A DNA stretch of 64,000 bases from assembly GCA_973895155.1 (NCBI GenBank), contig OZ316899.1, positions 11,063,135 through 11,127,134 on the forward strand, given 5' to 3'. This DNA comes from Marsupella aquatica (Eukaryota > Plantae > Marchantiophyta). A model generated the notes under the pieces. It saw only the letters and a list, made by a program, of their open reading frames with translations. It searched no databases and was not told the origin of the DNA. The translations under genes were made by a program, and so were the position numbers. Of the stretch, positions 25,473 through 37,242 are shown one piece after another. Numbering within the stretch: position 1 is the stretch's first letter; every line of letters starts with the position of its first letter.

Positions 25473-27261
25473 CTAGCTCCGGCATAGCCTTGCTTCTTGT
25501 TGTTCTAGTGCTACGAGGTACCCTAGTGGAATGCCTCTCACCACTGCTCCTCCTCCTCTCTCTATCTCTCCGTCTTTCTCTATCTCCCTCCTTGCGTCTC
25601 TCCCTCCCTCGTCCTCCTTCAGGGAAAAGATCACGAGAAGTCCCACCATGTTGTCCGCATGGTACCCGGGCCTCCTCCTGGGTACCCTCCTCAAGCGGGA
25701 CAGTGTCAGCATCCTCATCCTCTGCAATGGGTCATGCTACTAAACCCTCTAGTGCAATCCAATCCACCTATATACAAGACACGGTTTCAGTCTAGGTTGG
25801 CACAAGATACGCTTTCACTCTACGTCTATGGAATGGTGTTAATACAATGTAGCCAAGACATCACTACTTACTGGGAAGTCTTTGGGAGTTGAATCAAGCT
25901 TTGCCCATAGGGCTGCCGGGCCATATCGCTTGGAGTACAAGTGCTCCTGCTCACTTGGGTCGGCATCTCGGCCATACTTTCGCTTCTACAGCAAAAGTCA
26001 CATTACATCGTTCAAGAGGAGGTACTTTACACACCTCACTGCTACGTTAAACCAATTGCGTCATCCCAAACAACGTTACATATTACTCGATGGCATTAAC
26101 GTCGCAACGACGACATTAGGGGTAGTGTAACGTCATCTCGTGAGACATAAAGGGTGAAATACGACAATTTGAGCGACATTAAATTTGGCAATGGAGACGT
26201 TAATCTAAAAGAACGACGTTAATTACTGTTGCACACCAAAGCAGCACCACAAGGCATTGATTTGAATGATTGCGCAATGTGAAATGGAAGAGAACTTACA
26301 TAGGTTGCAAGAAATCCTCCCCATCCTCCCTGCCCCCAGAAATTTGTCACCTTCTTGCCACTCGCTTTTTGAACAGCAGTGGCCTTGTCTCCCATATGCA
26401 CTCGCTTTCCAACTGGGGTGTCCAGGGCTGCTTCAAGTTCACTGACAATCAATTTGAAGTCAGCTTCGCTCATGCCATCAGGTTTCTTATACTCCCCCGT
26501 CCTTATGCACCTGAGTTTGTGCACCTTTGCTCTCCACCTGAACCGTCAATCAGCGAGGTGATTCACAATCTTCTTCCTGATGTGGCGGTAGTCAATCTCT
26601 CGCCCATTTCTGAATCCAGCCTGCACATCATTCAGAAGCACCTGGAACTTCTTTTCGATATGTACCAGCTCCTTTCGGTCGTCCAATCGGGGCAGTGTTT
26701 AGTCACATAGGTCTGCACTCTGTTTGTGAGTGCTTTCTCATCCAGAACGTTCGGCCTTGCATCAAAAGCAGCAAGGGTGATGGTGGGGAGGTGCTCTTTG
26801 CTGGCAAGAGCTTGTTGAGGATGTGATCGCCGCTCTGAATGTGAGTGCTCCTTTGTCCTCTCTGCTCCATGATGTCGATCTCCCCTGCGTCTCTTTGACC
26901 TTGATGTCTCTGCATTGTGCTCATTGGTTCCTTTCCCCTTTTGCCTTCTCCTTTCAGTGCTGCTATTTGACAAAGACCGAGATCACCTCCTCCTCCTATG
27001 TGCTCGACGGTCCCTCCTCTCATCGTCTGCCCTGTATCTCTCATGTGCGATCCTCACTTGACTCTTGATAGGGGTTTGAGCAGTTGCCTGAGAATGTAGC
27101 TGGATCTCACAGAAGGTTGGATCGTTCCAACCATTGTCTGCTAGTGTTGGGAATGTAGGCAGCGGATCAATCAATGCCCCATCAATCTCTCCAACGACAT
27201 CTGGCGCTTCAACCTCGGCCACCTCCTCTTGGTCGGGAGCATTGGCCTCAATACTCTCCAA
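25473..27261 (-). pseudogene. Probable TnpA-like (CACTA accessory) gene, fragmented
   Basis: Collinear minus-strand ORF fragments (...HCPDWTTERSW...KKPDGMSEADFKLIVSEL...NFWGQGGWGGF) with an intron; WGQGGW resembles the GxxGY motif of En/Spm TnpA-like proteins. Confidence 0.5.
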
Positions 27262-27624
27262 GTAATCTATAAACTTGGACTCCTTCGGCCCATAGAGGTA
27301 TGACTTTGTGGTAGTTCACTTGAATTGAGATTGATAGGTCTTGGATTCAACTGTTGTGGCTGACACTTCCCAACTATTGTGGCTGACTCTTCCCTTTCTG
27401 TGGGGTTTCACAGATTTCCCCTTAAAAAAATTTATAAAAAAAAACCTGGACCCTTCGTTCCCTGTTCTCCCATGAATTGCCAGCTATGGTTGAAGGCCTG
27501 AACTAGTGAATGTGTCAAACATAGTGATGTATGCACCTTCTCCATCTCCATCTCCTCTGGATCCTCCATGGCCACCTTCACTGCATCAAAGTTCACACTG
27601 CATGGAAGGTAGCCTGGATGAGAC

Positions 27625-28965
27625 ATGGCGGGTGATTCTGTGAGGGTAGAGGAGACTACTCTCAGGAGAGATGGAGGGACTACTCTCCGGAGAGGAGGAG
27701 GGACTACTCGCCTGAGAGGAGGTCGAGACGTTGTAGATCCTGACGTCATCGCCATCGACGGAGGCAGGAGGATAGGAGTGATAGGAGCCCCCATCGGCCA
27801 TATGACATTCATCGTCATCCAGAGCCCCATGGTCACAGCTCACCTTCCTCTTTGGACGAGGGGTTTGGAGAGGCCATGGCTGCTCTTCATGGGATTGGAC
27901 CAGTCCGGAAGATGCCTTGCCCTTGTAGACGATGCAAGGGTGTTGTGTCTCACGAGAGGACTACTCGTTAGCCATTTAGGGATGCATGGTCGTCATGTAC
28001 CACCATTACCCGAGGTGAGTTTCCTTCTTATTGCAAAACCATTTTGCTTAACTTTAACTATCACAAGGTTGGAGTACTTTGCCTTCAATCATGAATGCTC
28101 AAGTTTGCTGGCATGCTGAGATTTTCTTGCTTACATGTGGAACAGATTCTGGTTGTGCCGTCACCTCCTAAGGACAGCATGCGAGAGGTTGCACGTCAAG
28201 CTCTGACTGCACTGGTGCCCCCATCAGCTCTAGATGCCACTTTGAGGGCAATAGACCGTGTTTTTGATAGGAGGAGGGTTTCACAGGTGCACCCTATTGA
28301 GAGGGGAGTCGTGGTCAATACCAGACCACGGTCTTTGGAGTCTACCTAGGGCGTCCGCCTAGGGCGAGGCCACCACATTGTCCTTTTCTTGATGCATCTA
28401 TTGCTCGGGCACCGAGAGAGTTGCATGGGAGAGCCTTGGACATTGTAAAAGACTCCTTCCCTACCCAATTTGGGCTCCCTGTGGACCTTCCAATTAGGGA
28501 GCCTATCATAGTTTGGGATTGCCCATGGGTCCTCCTCCCCTCCACATTGGGCCCTGGTGTAGGGCTTGGATTATTTGCGCTTGTAGATATTGTGGTCCCT
28601 AATGGTTGTGCGCCCAAGGACTTGCCTTAGCTCTTTCCATTCTATGGGCCTAAGTATTTTGCTCAACGATGGCGCATCTTGTCTCGACAATGTCCGACCT
28701 TTGGTCGATATGGCATGTCGGTCAAGCTTGACCCTAGGTATGCTCAGATGGATGGTTACCCGCCGCGCACTGGAAACCTGGCAAGTTACATCAATAGCAC
28801 ATTGGGTTCTTGGCGTTTAGGTTTTAGGCCAAACGCTAAGTGGCATGAGTACCATGACCAGACTCACCCTCGTTTCCCATGGCTTGTACGCATTACATCT
28901 TGACCCATGCTACCCGCACCATTAGAGCAGGGGAAGAGATTCTTGTAGATTATGATTGGCATTGA
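27625..28965 (+). pseudogene. SET-domain (lysine methyltransferase-like) gene carried by the CACTA element
   Basis: Exon 1 27625-28014, exon 2 28146-28965: LLPSTLGPGVGLGLFALVDI...LFPFYGP...DGYPPRTGNLASYINS...PNAKW...HATRTIRAGEEILVDYDWH*. All hallmark SET motifs are in order; one stop (28628-28630) and two frameshifts. Confidence 0.82.
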
Positions 28966-29079
28966 CAATATGACATATTCGTAATTTATGGACCCATTGT
29001 TGCATAATACATTGTTGCGTTGTTTATTGCGTTTGATTATATATGACTTTGTATCAAATATTGGATTTCACAATTGTAG

Positions 29080-32000
29080 GATGGTGCATATGTTACTCCT
29101 ACACCTCACCCATCCATGATGACAATGTCAGCGCATGCCTTTCACCTATGTGCCACTCTTAATTTTGATGATGATGAAGATGATGACTTGGAGCCTGATG
29201 ATTTGGATAGTGACCATGAGGAGTACCATGATGCATATGATGGAGAGTTTGATGAGGATGATGGAGATGGGGATGCACCCATTCTTGAAGAGGATGCTTT
29301 TGCCCACCTTGTGGACGTTCACTTTGGACCACATGCACCTGAGGGCATGAGGCCTACCATGGAAGTAGACCAGGATGATTGGAACCAGTTGGAAATGGAA
29401 GCCAGAACTCCACTCTTCTTGGATTCTCCATCATCATGGTAAGCTTCTTTTTTTCACAATATTTAATGAATTTAGGGTTTGATCCAGCCCAAGACTCTAC
29501 TTATGAACTTGTACAGGCCACACCCAATGTCATACCTCAAACTAATTATCCCCTGGTTTCACGAATGCAGGTTGGGTGCCACTTTGCTGATGTTGAATTT
29601 GCAGGGAGTTTTCAACACTTCAGACGTCCATACAGATGCACTCTTCCAGCTATTCCACCAAAAACTCTTGCCCCAACCAAACACTCTTCCTGGTTGTGTG
29701 AGGGAAGCTAAGAAGTTGTTAACCTCAATTGGATTGGCTTTAGAGACTATCCATATGTGTCCAAGTGGATGCATCCTGTACAGAGGGACATACTTGGACC
29801 ACACAGAGTGCCCAGAGGCACAATGTAAGCTTCCACGATACCGGCCCGACACCATTGGCGAAAAAATTCCAGAGAAGGTGAGATAAGATCTCCTGCTATG
29901 ATCGGAAGACATTTGTTACAAAATTAACGTAGGAGTCCATAGAGTTACATTTCAAAAAACGTTGTTTAAATTGTCTAGTGCGGCTTTTTCCCATTTAACG
30001 TCGTCTAGGTTAACGTAACAAACTTTTACAACGTATATCAGGAGGTATCTTACGTATCATAGTATATAGGACGTACCTTACGTCTTACTCAATGACGTAA
30101 AATTATTAACGTCATTACTGACGAGGTTACTTTAAACTTGCCGACGTTATGAACGTCGTCTCAATTTACCTCGTGTATCACAAGGTATTTAAGGTAACAC
30201 AATGATTTGTTCGACGTTTAATCTCAATTAACATCGGAGGGTTCGTTGTGACTGTGGGTTTTGCAGGTCTTCAGGTATTTCCCGATCACACCCTGACTAC
30301 AGCATTTGTATCAATAGAAACATCTATCGGCACTCCAAACTTGGCATGCTGAGAACAAGTCCCCACCAGGGATTATGCGGTATCACCACGACAGCCCAAC
30401 GTGGAAGCATATTGACACCACTTGGCCTGATTTTTCTCTGGAGCCGCGGAATGTTTGATTGGGGTTGGCAATAGATGGGGTAAACCCATACAAGCAACGA
30501 CGCAAGCCTAAGTCCATATGGCCAGTTCTCTTGATAAATCAGAATATCCCTCCATGGTTGGCGATGAAGAAAGGTCATGTTCTTCTCCTCGCTATCATTC
30601 CTGGTCCTCAAGCCTGTAAGAATCTGGATATTTGTTTGGCTCCAGCTTATGAAGAATTGCAAAAGCTATGGGAGTTTGGGGCAGTGACCACAGATGTCAC
30701 TTGTGCACCGGATAATGGGGGACATTTTAGACGAGGGCGATGATCACCCATTGCACCACTGATGGTCCAGGTAATGCTCAGTCACTGAAAATTTTTGACA
30801 TGCATTGTGCAGGGTCCTATTGCATGGGTCAATGTTTATGGCCTGACAATTTTTTTCCATTCATTCACAGGTATGGCCACAATATCCGGGTTGAAGGTGG
30901 TTGGTTATTCTGCTTGCCCTTCATGTGGTCCCGAGTTGCATGGGAGATATTCTAACCACTTGCACAAAACCACATATGAGGGCAGTAGGGTTTGATTACC
31001 AATGGATGATATCTTGCGACATAATACCACACATTGGGCTGAGACTGAGTTTAGGCCATGTCCCAATGGGCCCTCAACTGAGGCCCAAATTCAGATGGCA
31101 AAGAAAGTGGAGGCAAAGTTACTTCAACCCAAGCAATGTGGTGTCAATAGGCGCTCAACTTTGTGGGACTTGCCATATTGGAGGGTAAGTAAAATAAATT
31201 TACCTTCTTTTAAGTTAGTGACTTGTAGACTTACTCTTTATGAATTTCTTACTAACAAAACCTGATTCTCCACTCATTTTGCAGATCCTCCAGATACGAT
31301 GGTTGTTGGACCCCATGCATATTGAAGTAAATGTTGCCAAGAACCTGGTGAAGCACATTTATGGCATGAATGATACTCGTGGGGTCCGAGAGGATGCAAA
31401 GCAGGTTGGAGTGGTGAAGAGTTGTTGGATAACTCGAGATGGGGAGAAGCCACCTGCTCCTTGGGTTTTGCCAAGACAGATATTGAAGGAGATGAACGGG
31501 ATGATATGTGAAATGAAGTTCCCTAGCCATTACGGAGCCGGCTTCCGTGGGTACATTACAAGGGATGACCACATACCCCCAATAGGCTTGAAGTCTCACG
31601 ATTATCACAAGTTGATTCAGCATGTGTTACCTGCTGTCTTGCGTTGTTGCAATGATTCTAGAGAGCGACGCCTACTAGGACATACAGTGTATGAGTTGTG
31701 CTCCATTTTCAGGTGAGCATAGTCTCGTTGGCATATATTTATGCTATGATCATTGCATATGTTTATCATACTAATAATTTGACAAAATCTTGAGTACCCC
31801 ATACAGGTGGGTATGCGCCAAGGAAATAAAGGAGAGTGAGATTCCGAGATGAGGGAACGGTCTGCCCGTGTTATGTGCAATATGGAGAAGGTGTTTCCCC
31901 CATGTATTTTTGACATGCAGTTGCATTTGCTATGTCATTTGGTGGACGAGGTAGCCATTGCTGGTCCAGTGCATGCGCGGTGGATGTATTGGGTAGAGCG

Positions 32001-33012
32001 GTTCATGAAAGTGCTAAAGTCTTGGGTGCACCAACCCGCTCGACCAGAGGGAAGTATGGCAACAGGGTATATCATGTCGGAGTGCCTGTTCTACTCAAGC
32101 GGGGTGATAGGGAGTTTGGACACACAAGCTCCCACAACTTGGGAAGAGGCACAAGATGATGACAACGGTGGGTTGCGAGTGATGGGCGCGTCAAAGAAGC
32201 GATCATTACATGATGACATTTTTTGCCGACAGATCCACAATTATGTGTTGGAGAACCGCACGAAGATGTCAGATTGGAGAGAGTTGTATAGGTAGGGACA
32301 TAATCCTTCATGTTGAGTCCTACTTAGATTTAAAATGTACATTCAAGGTTTAGGGTTTAGGGTGGTCACTAATGTATATGTGACCCAGTACTTGTAGGGC
32401 ATGGGTGGAGCAGCAGCGGATAGGGGCAGCACGAGAGCGTGTTCATGCATCATTTTGCATATGGGCCTTGGAGCGCATGGAGGGGCTCCTGGCAGTGCAT
32501 GGCCCTACATTCATTCCCATTGATGTACAGAATATCATTAGGGGGCCTTTGATGTGGGCTATGACTCATACTCACATGTATGAGTCAGGGCACCACTTTC
32601 GGACTTGGAGGACGGACCATATGAGAAGAGTACTTGTAACTCTGGAGTATATATGGTGACCGATGTAGGTGATGTTGAGGTTCCTTATTGTGGCATTGTC
32701 TTGGATATTTTGGATGTTAATTTTGGCTCGTTTACCACCACGGTGTTAGAGGTGAGGTGACACAAGTCCATCATGTCACCTCCAGCAAGAGCTACCATGG
32801 TGAAGGATGAGTGTGGATTTTATCGTGTGGACACAACCCGTGTTGCACCAAGCGGGACTGAGTTTAGTGACACTATAGTTTTTCCTAGCCAAGTGGATCA
32901 ATGCATTATGGTTCCGATGCAGACCATGGGAGGATGGTCCATTGTGATTCCCATCTTTCCACGCCGTAGGAAGGGCTTCATGCCATCAGCTCCTGCAGAC
33001 GATGAGGATTGA
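29080..33012 (+). pseudogene. En/Spm Tnp2 transposase (Transposase_21 plus DUF4218-like), spliced, decayed
   Basis: IHMCPSGCILYRG...CP..C..PRY; GLAIDGVNPY...SIWPVLLINQNIPPW; LDPMHIEVNV; GLKSHDYHKL; FDMQLHLLCHL...GPVHARWMYWVERFMKVLK...PEGSMA. Confidence 0.93.
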
Positions 33013-35504
33013 CATGATAGACTCACTATCGCCATTTGTATTGACTATTGTCACTCCTCGCATATAAACACACATATTTCATGGCCTAGGCATCTGTGTA
33101 TTTGGAGAGTGGGATGGGCTTGTGTTAATAACTTGGTAAAGAAACAAGTAACAACCATACATTTATGCACATGATCCCTCGGCCTTCTGAAACAAGGGAT
33201 ACCTATCATTAACGTCATCCTTGAATTTTACTTGCACAAAACCACATATGAGGGCAGTAGGGTTTGATTACCAATGGATGATATCTTGCGACATAATACC
33301 ACACATTGGGCTGAGACTGAGTTTAGGCCATGTCCCAATGGGCCCTCAACTGAGGCCCAAATTCAGATGGCAAAGAAAGTGGAGGCAAAGTTACTTCAAC
33401 CCAAGCAATGTGGTGTCAATAGGCGCTCAACTTTGTGGGACTTGCCATATTGGAGGGTAAGTAAAATAAATTTACCTTCTTTTAAGTTAGTGACTTGTAG
33501 ACTTACTCTTTATGAATTTCTTACTAACAAAACCTGATTCTCCACTCATTTTGCAGATCCTCCAGATACGATGGTTGTTGGACCCCATGCATATTGAAGT
33601 AAATGTTGCCAAGAACCTGGTGAAGCACATTTATGGCATGAATGATACTCGTGGGGTCCGAGAGGATGCAAAGCAGGTTGGAGTGGTGAAGAGTTGTTGG
33701 ATAACTCGAGATGGGGAGAAGCCACCTGCTCCTTGGGTTTTGCCAAGACAGATATTGAAGGAGATGAACGGGATGATATGTGAAATGAAGTTCCCTAGCC
33801 ATTACGGAGCCGGCTTCCGTGGGTACATTACAAGGGATGACCACATACCCCCAATAGGCTTGAAGTCTCACGATTATCACAAGTTGATTCAGCATGTGTT
33901 ACCTGCTGTCTTGCGTTGTTGCAATGATTCTAGAGAGCGACGCCTACTAGGACATACAGTGTATGAGTTGTGCTCCATTTTCAGGTGAGCATAGTCTCGT
34001 TGGCATATATTTATGCTATGATCATTGCATATGTTTATCATACTAATAATTTGACAAAATCTTGAGTACCCCATACAGGTGGGTATGCGCCAAGGAAATA
34101 AAGGAGAGTGAGATTCCGAGATGAGGGAACGGTCTGCCCGTGTTATGTGCAATATGGAGAAGGTGTTTCCCCCATGTATTTTTGACATGCAGTTGCATTT
34201 GCTATGTCATTTGGTGGACGAGGTAGCCATTGCTGGTCCAGTGCATGCGCGGTGGATGTATTGGGTAGAGCGGTTCATGAAAGTGCTAAAGTCTTGGGTG
34301 CACCAACCCGCTCGACCAGAGGGAAGTATGGCAACAGGGTATATCATGTCGGAGTGCCTGTTCTACTCAAGCGGGGTGATAGGGAGTTTGGACACACAAG
34401 CTCCCACAACTTGGGAAGAGGCACAAGATGATGACAACGGTGGGTTGCGAGTGATGGGCGCGTCAAAGAAGCGATCATTACATGATGACATTTTTTGCCG
34501 ACAGATCCACAATTATGTGTTGGAGAACCGCACGAAGATGTCAGATTGGAGAGAGTTGTATAGGTAGGGACATAATCCTTCATGTTGAGTCCTACTTAGA
34601 TTTAAAATGTACATTCAAGGTTTAGGGTTTAGGGTGGTCACTAATGTATATGTGACCCAGTACTTGTAGGGCATGGGTGGAGCAGCAGCGGATAGGGGCA
34701 GCACGAGAGCGTGTTCATGCATCATTTTGCATATGGGCCTTGGAGCGCATGGAGGGGCTCCTGGCAGTGCATGGCCCTACATTCATTCCCATTGATGTAC
34801 AGAATATCATTAGGGGGCCTTTGATGTGGGCTATGACTCATACTCACATGTATGAGTCAGGGCACCACTTTCGGACTTGGAGGACGGACCATATGAGAAG
34901 AGTACTTGTAACTCTGGAGTATATATGGTGACCGATGTAGGTGATGTTGAGGTTCCTTATTGTGGCATTGTCTTGGATATTTTGGATGTTAATTTTGGCT
35001 CGTTTACCACCACGGTGTTAGAGGTGAGGTGACACAAGTCCATCATGTCACCTCCAGCAAGAGCTACCATGGTGAAGGATGAGTGTGGATTTTATCGTGT
35101 GGACACAACCCGTGTTGCACCAAGCGGGACTGAGTTTAGTGACACTATAGTTTTTCCTAGCCAAGTGGATCAATGCATTATGGTTCCGATGCAGACCATG
35201 GGAGGATGGTCCATTGTGATTCCCATCTTTCCACGCCGTAGGAAGGGCTTCATGCCATCAGCTCCTGCAGACGATGAGGATTGACATGATAGACTCACTA
35301 TCGCCATTTGTATTGACTATTGTCACTCCTCGCATATAAACACACATATTTCATGGCCTAGGCATCTGTGTATTTGGAGAGTGGGATGGGCTTGTGTTAA
35401 TAACTTGGTAAAGAAACAAGTAACAACCATACATTTATGCACATGATCCCTCGGCCTTCTGAAACAAGGGATACCTATCATTAACGTCATCCTTGGAATT
35501 TTAC
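30958..35504 (+). repeat. Tandem segmental duplication, 2272-bp period, of the Tnp2 3' half
   Basis: Identical ORF set repeated at +2272 (31002/33274, 31240/33512, 31849/34121, 32773/35045); junction at 33230. Confidence 0.95.
33230..35284 (+). pseudogene. Duplicated 3' half of the En/Spm transposase
   Basis: Second copy from the tandem duplication. Confidence 0.9.
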
Positions 35505-35817
35505 GTTGATGCATAATTTTCTACGTCGTTTATAGCTACGCCTCCTTGACGTAACACGATTCAACGTCGTGTACCGAACCATTATTTGACGTTATAACTC
35601 TCTTTAACGTCGTCCTATACTTCGTAACAAGGTAAAAACAACGTACTTAACGATGTATGTAGCGACAAAATTATATTTACCACAAGTATAACGACGTTAG
35701 CAATTTACATACAATGTTTCATTCTACGTAACAAATGATTTTCGACGTTAATCATAGGAAAAAGATACAACATTCAAACCACACAATTTTTGCGACAAAT
35801 AACATTCATGGATGTGT

Positions 35818-36609
35818 TTATTGCTGCACATAGACCAAATAGAGATACACTATAGCTCTACCATCCTTTCTACTGCAAATGTAGCCTACATGAGTCATGG
35901 TCATCCCTCTACAACCTCCCTCCAGACTGATGTTGATTAAGGAGTCCCTTCTCCAGACCAATAGTACTCCTCGTCCGCTTTCCTCTTGTTGTACAAAGTA
36001 CGCCTTTGGCTGGCATTCCAATTCTTCCGGACAACAGCTTCACCGGCCTGTAGCCTCTAAGCCTCCACCTCGGCTGCACAACTTTCCTTGTAATCAAACA
36101 TAGCAATCTGAAGTTCAGTGGGTGACAACTCACATTTAGACAAGGTGGGAGGGTAGGCCTCACCATCATCATCCTCGGGCGAATCTTCCAGACCACGATC
36201 ACTGCTCGGATGCAACAAGAACTCTCCTGGGTCCAGCTGCTTGTTGGCAAGAATGGAGCACTCTACCCACCGAGTAGAGATGAAATGCAAGGTTTCAGCG
36301 AAATGCTCGATCAAGCCAGCATAGTCACTGAAGTGCTCCACAACCTGTTTCCATGTATTTGCAATCAAGAAATTGGTCTGTGAGGTACATAGCTTGTCAA
36401 CAAGCCCCCATGGCAAAAGAACCCTCGAACCATCTTCTCCTCCTCACCAAGTGGGAGGAAACAACAATGCACATTTGCAAAGGACTTCCGCACCATAGCT
36501 GAACACTTTGCCTCCTACGGTTCAACTTCTCTACACTGAGGACCTTTGATGTCTTCACTCGGGAATGCTGGCTATAGTGAGCCTCCCGCCTATAGTTGAG
36601 TCTGTCCAA
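35818..36609 (-). pseudogene. Uncharacterised degenerate ORF within the CACTA element
   Basis: Collinear minus-strand ORFs 36397-36609, 36057-36416 and 35818-36021 join through one frameshift and stops; no recognisable motif. Confidence 0.35.
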
Positions 36610-36887
36610 TGCTGATATGTGGAATTAATGCCATTTTCCCGATGTACGTATGGTATTCTATGACGACGTATCTGCAGCTACGTCGTTCCAAACGCCTAAA
36701 CTTATGGACGTCGTCCTATACATCATTCTAATTTATGTCTTTAGGAAACAGGTAAGTTACCTCGTCGCGGAAGACGTAATGAGAGGTACAACGTATGATA
36801 CGAGGTAACTTACCGTGTCTTAAAGGACGTAAACTTAACGTCACGACAATCAACGTTATCTGATCCCGTCAAATCTCCGGACGACAT

Positions 36888-37012
36888 ACACATAAATTGA
36901 CTTCAGATGGACCTCTACTTTTGGATTGTTTTTAATAGCGCCTGGCACTACACATAAATTGTTTTCACATGGACCTCTACTTTTGGATTGTTTTTAATAG
37001 CGCCTGACGCTA
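36888..37012. repeat. 62-bp tandem duplication, each unit ending in the MULE palindrome
   Basis: acacataaattg...atggacctctacttttggattgtttttaatagcgcctg(g/a)c(a/g)ct occurs twice. Confidence 0.8.
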
Positions 37013-37242
37013 TTGAACATATGACAGTTCCAGAACAAAAAGGTTCTTCCTAAATGATGTTGATCGTAAATGACGTTGATTGTAAATGACGTTGATATAA
37101 CAACAAAATACATTTATGGTGTCAAAGGATTGTCTTATTATAATGGCTTTTGGGAACTGTTAGCCAGGATCGATAATAGTCCTCGCCCGCGGAATTTTGA
37201 TTCATAATTTTCTTGCGCTCATTTGTTTCCAAGGCTTCTGTG

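Larger units (their letters stand above)
24750..36886 (+). mobile_element. En/Spm (CACTA) transposon nested in the MULE; termini not identified, boundaries approximate
   Basis: Tnp2-family transposase, TnpA-like gene, dense ACGT-type subterminal repeats at 24760-25140 and 36650-36860; MULE palindromes stop at 24726 and resume at 36936. Confidence 0.8.
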
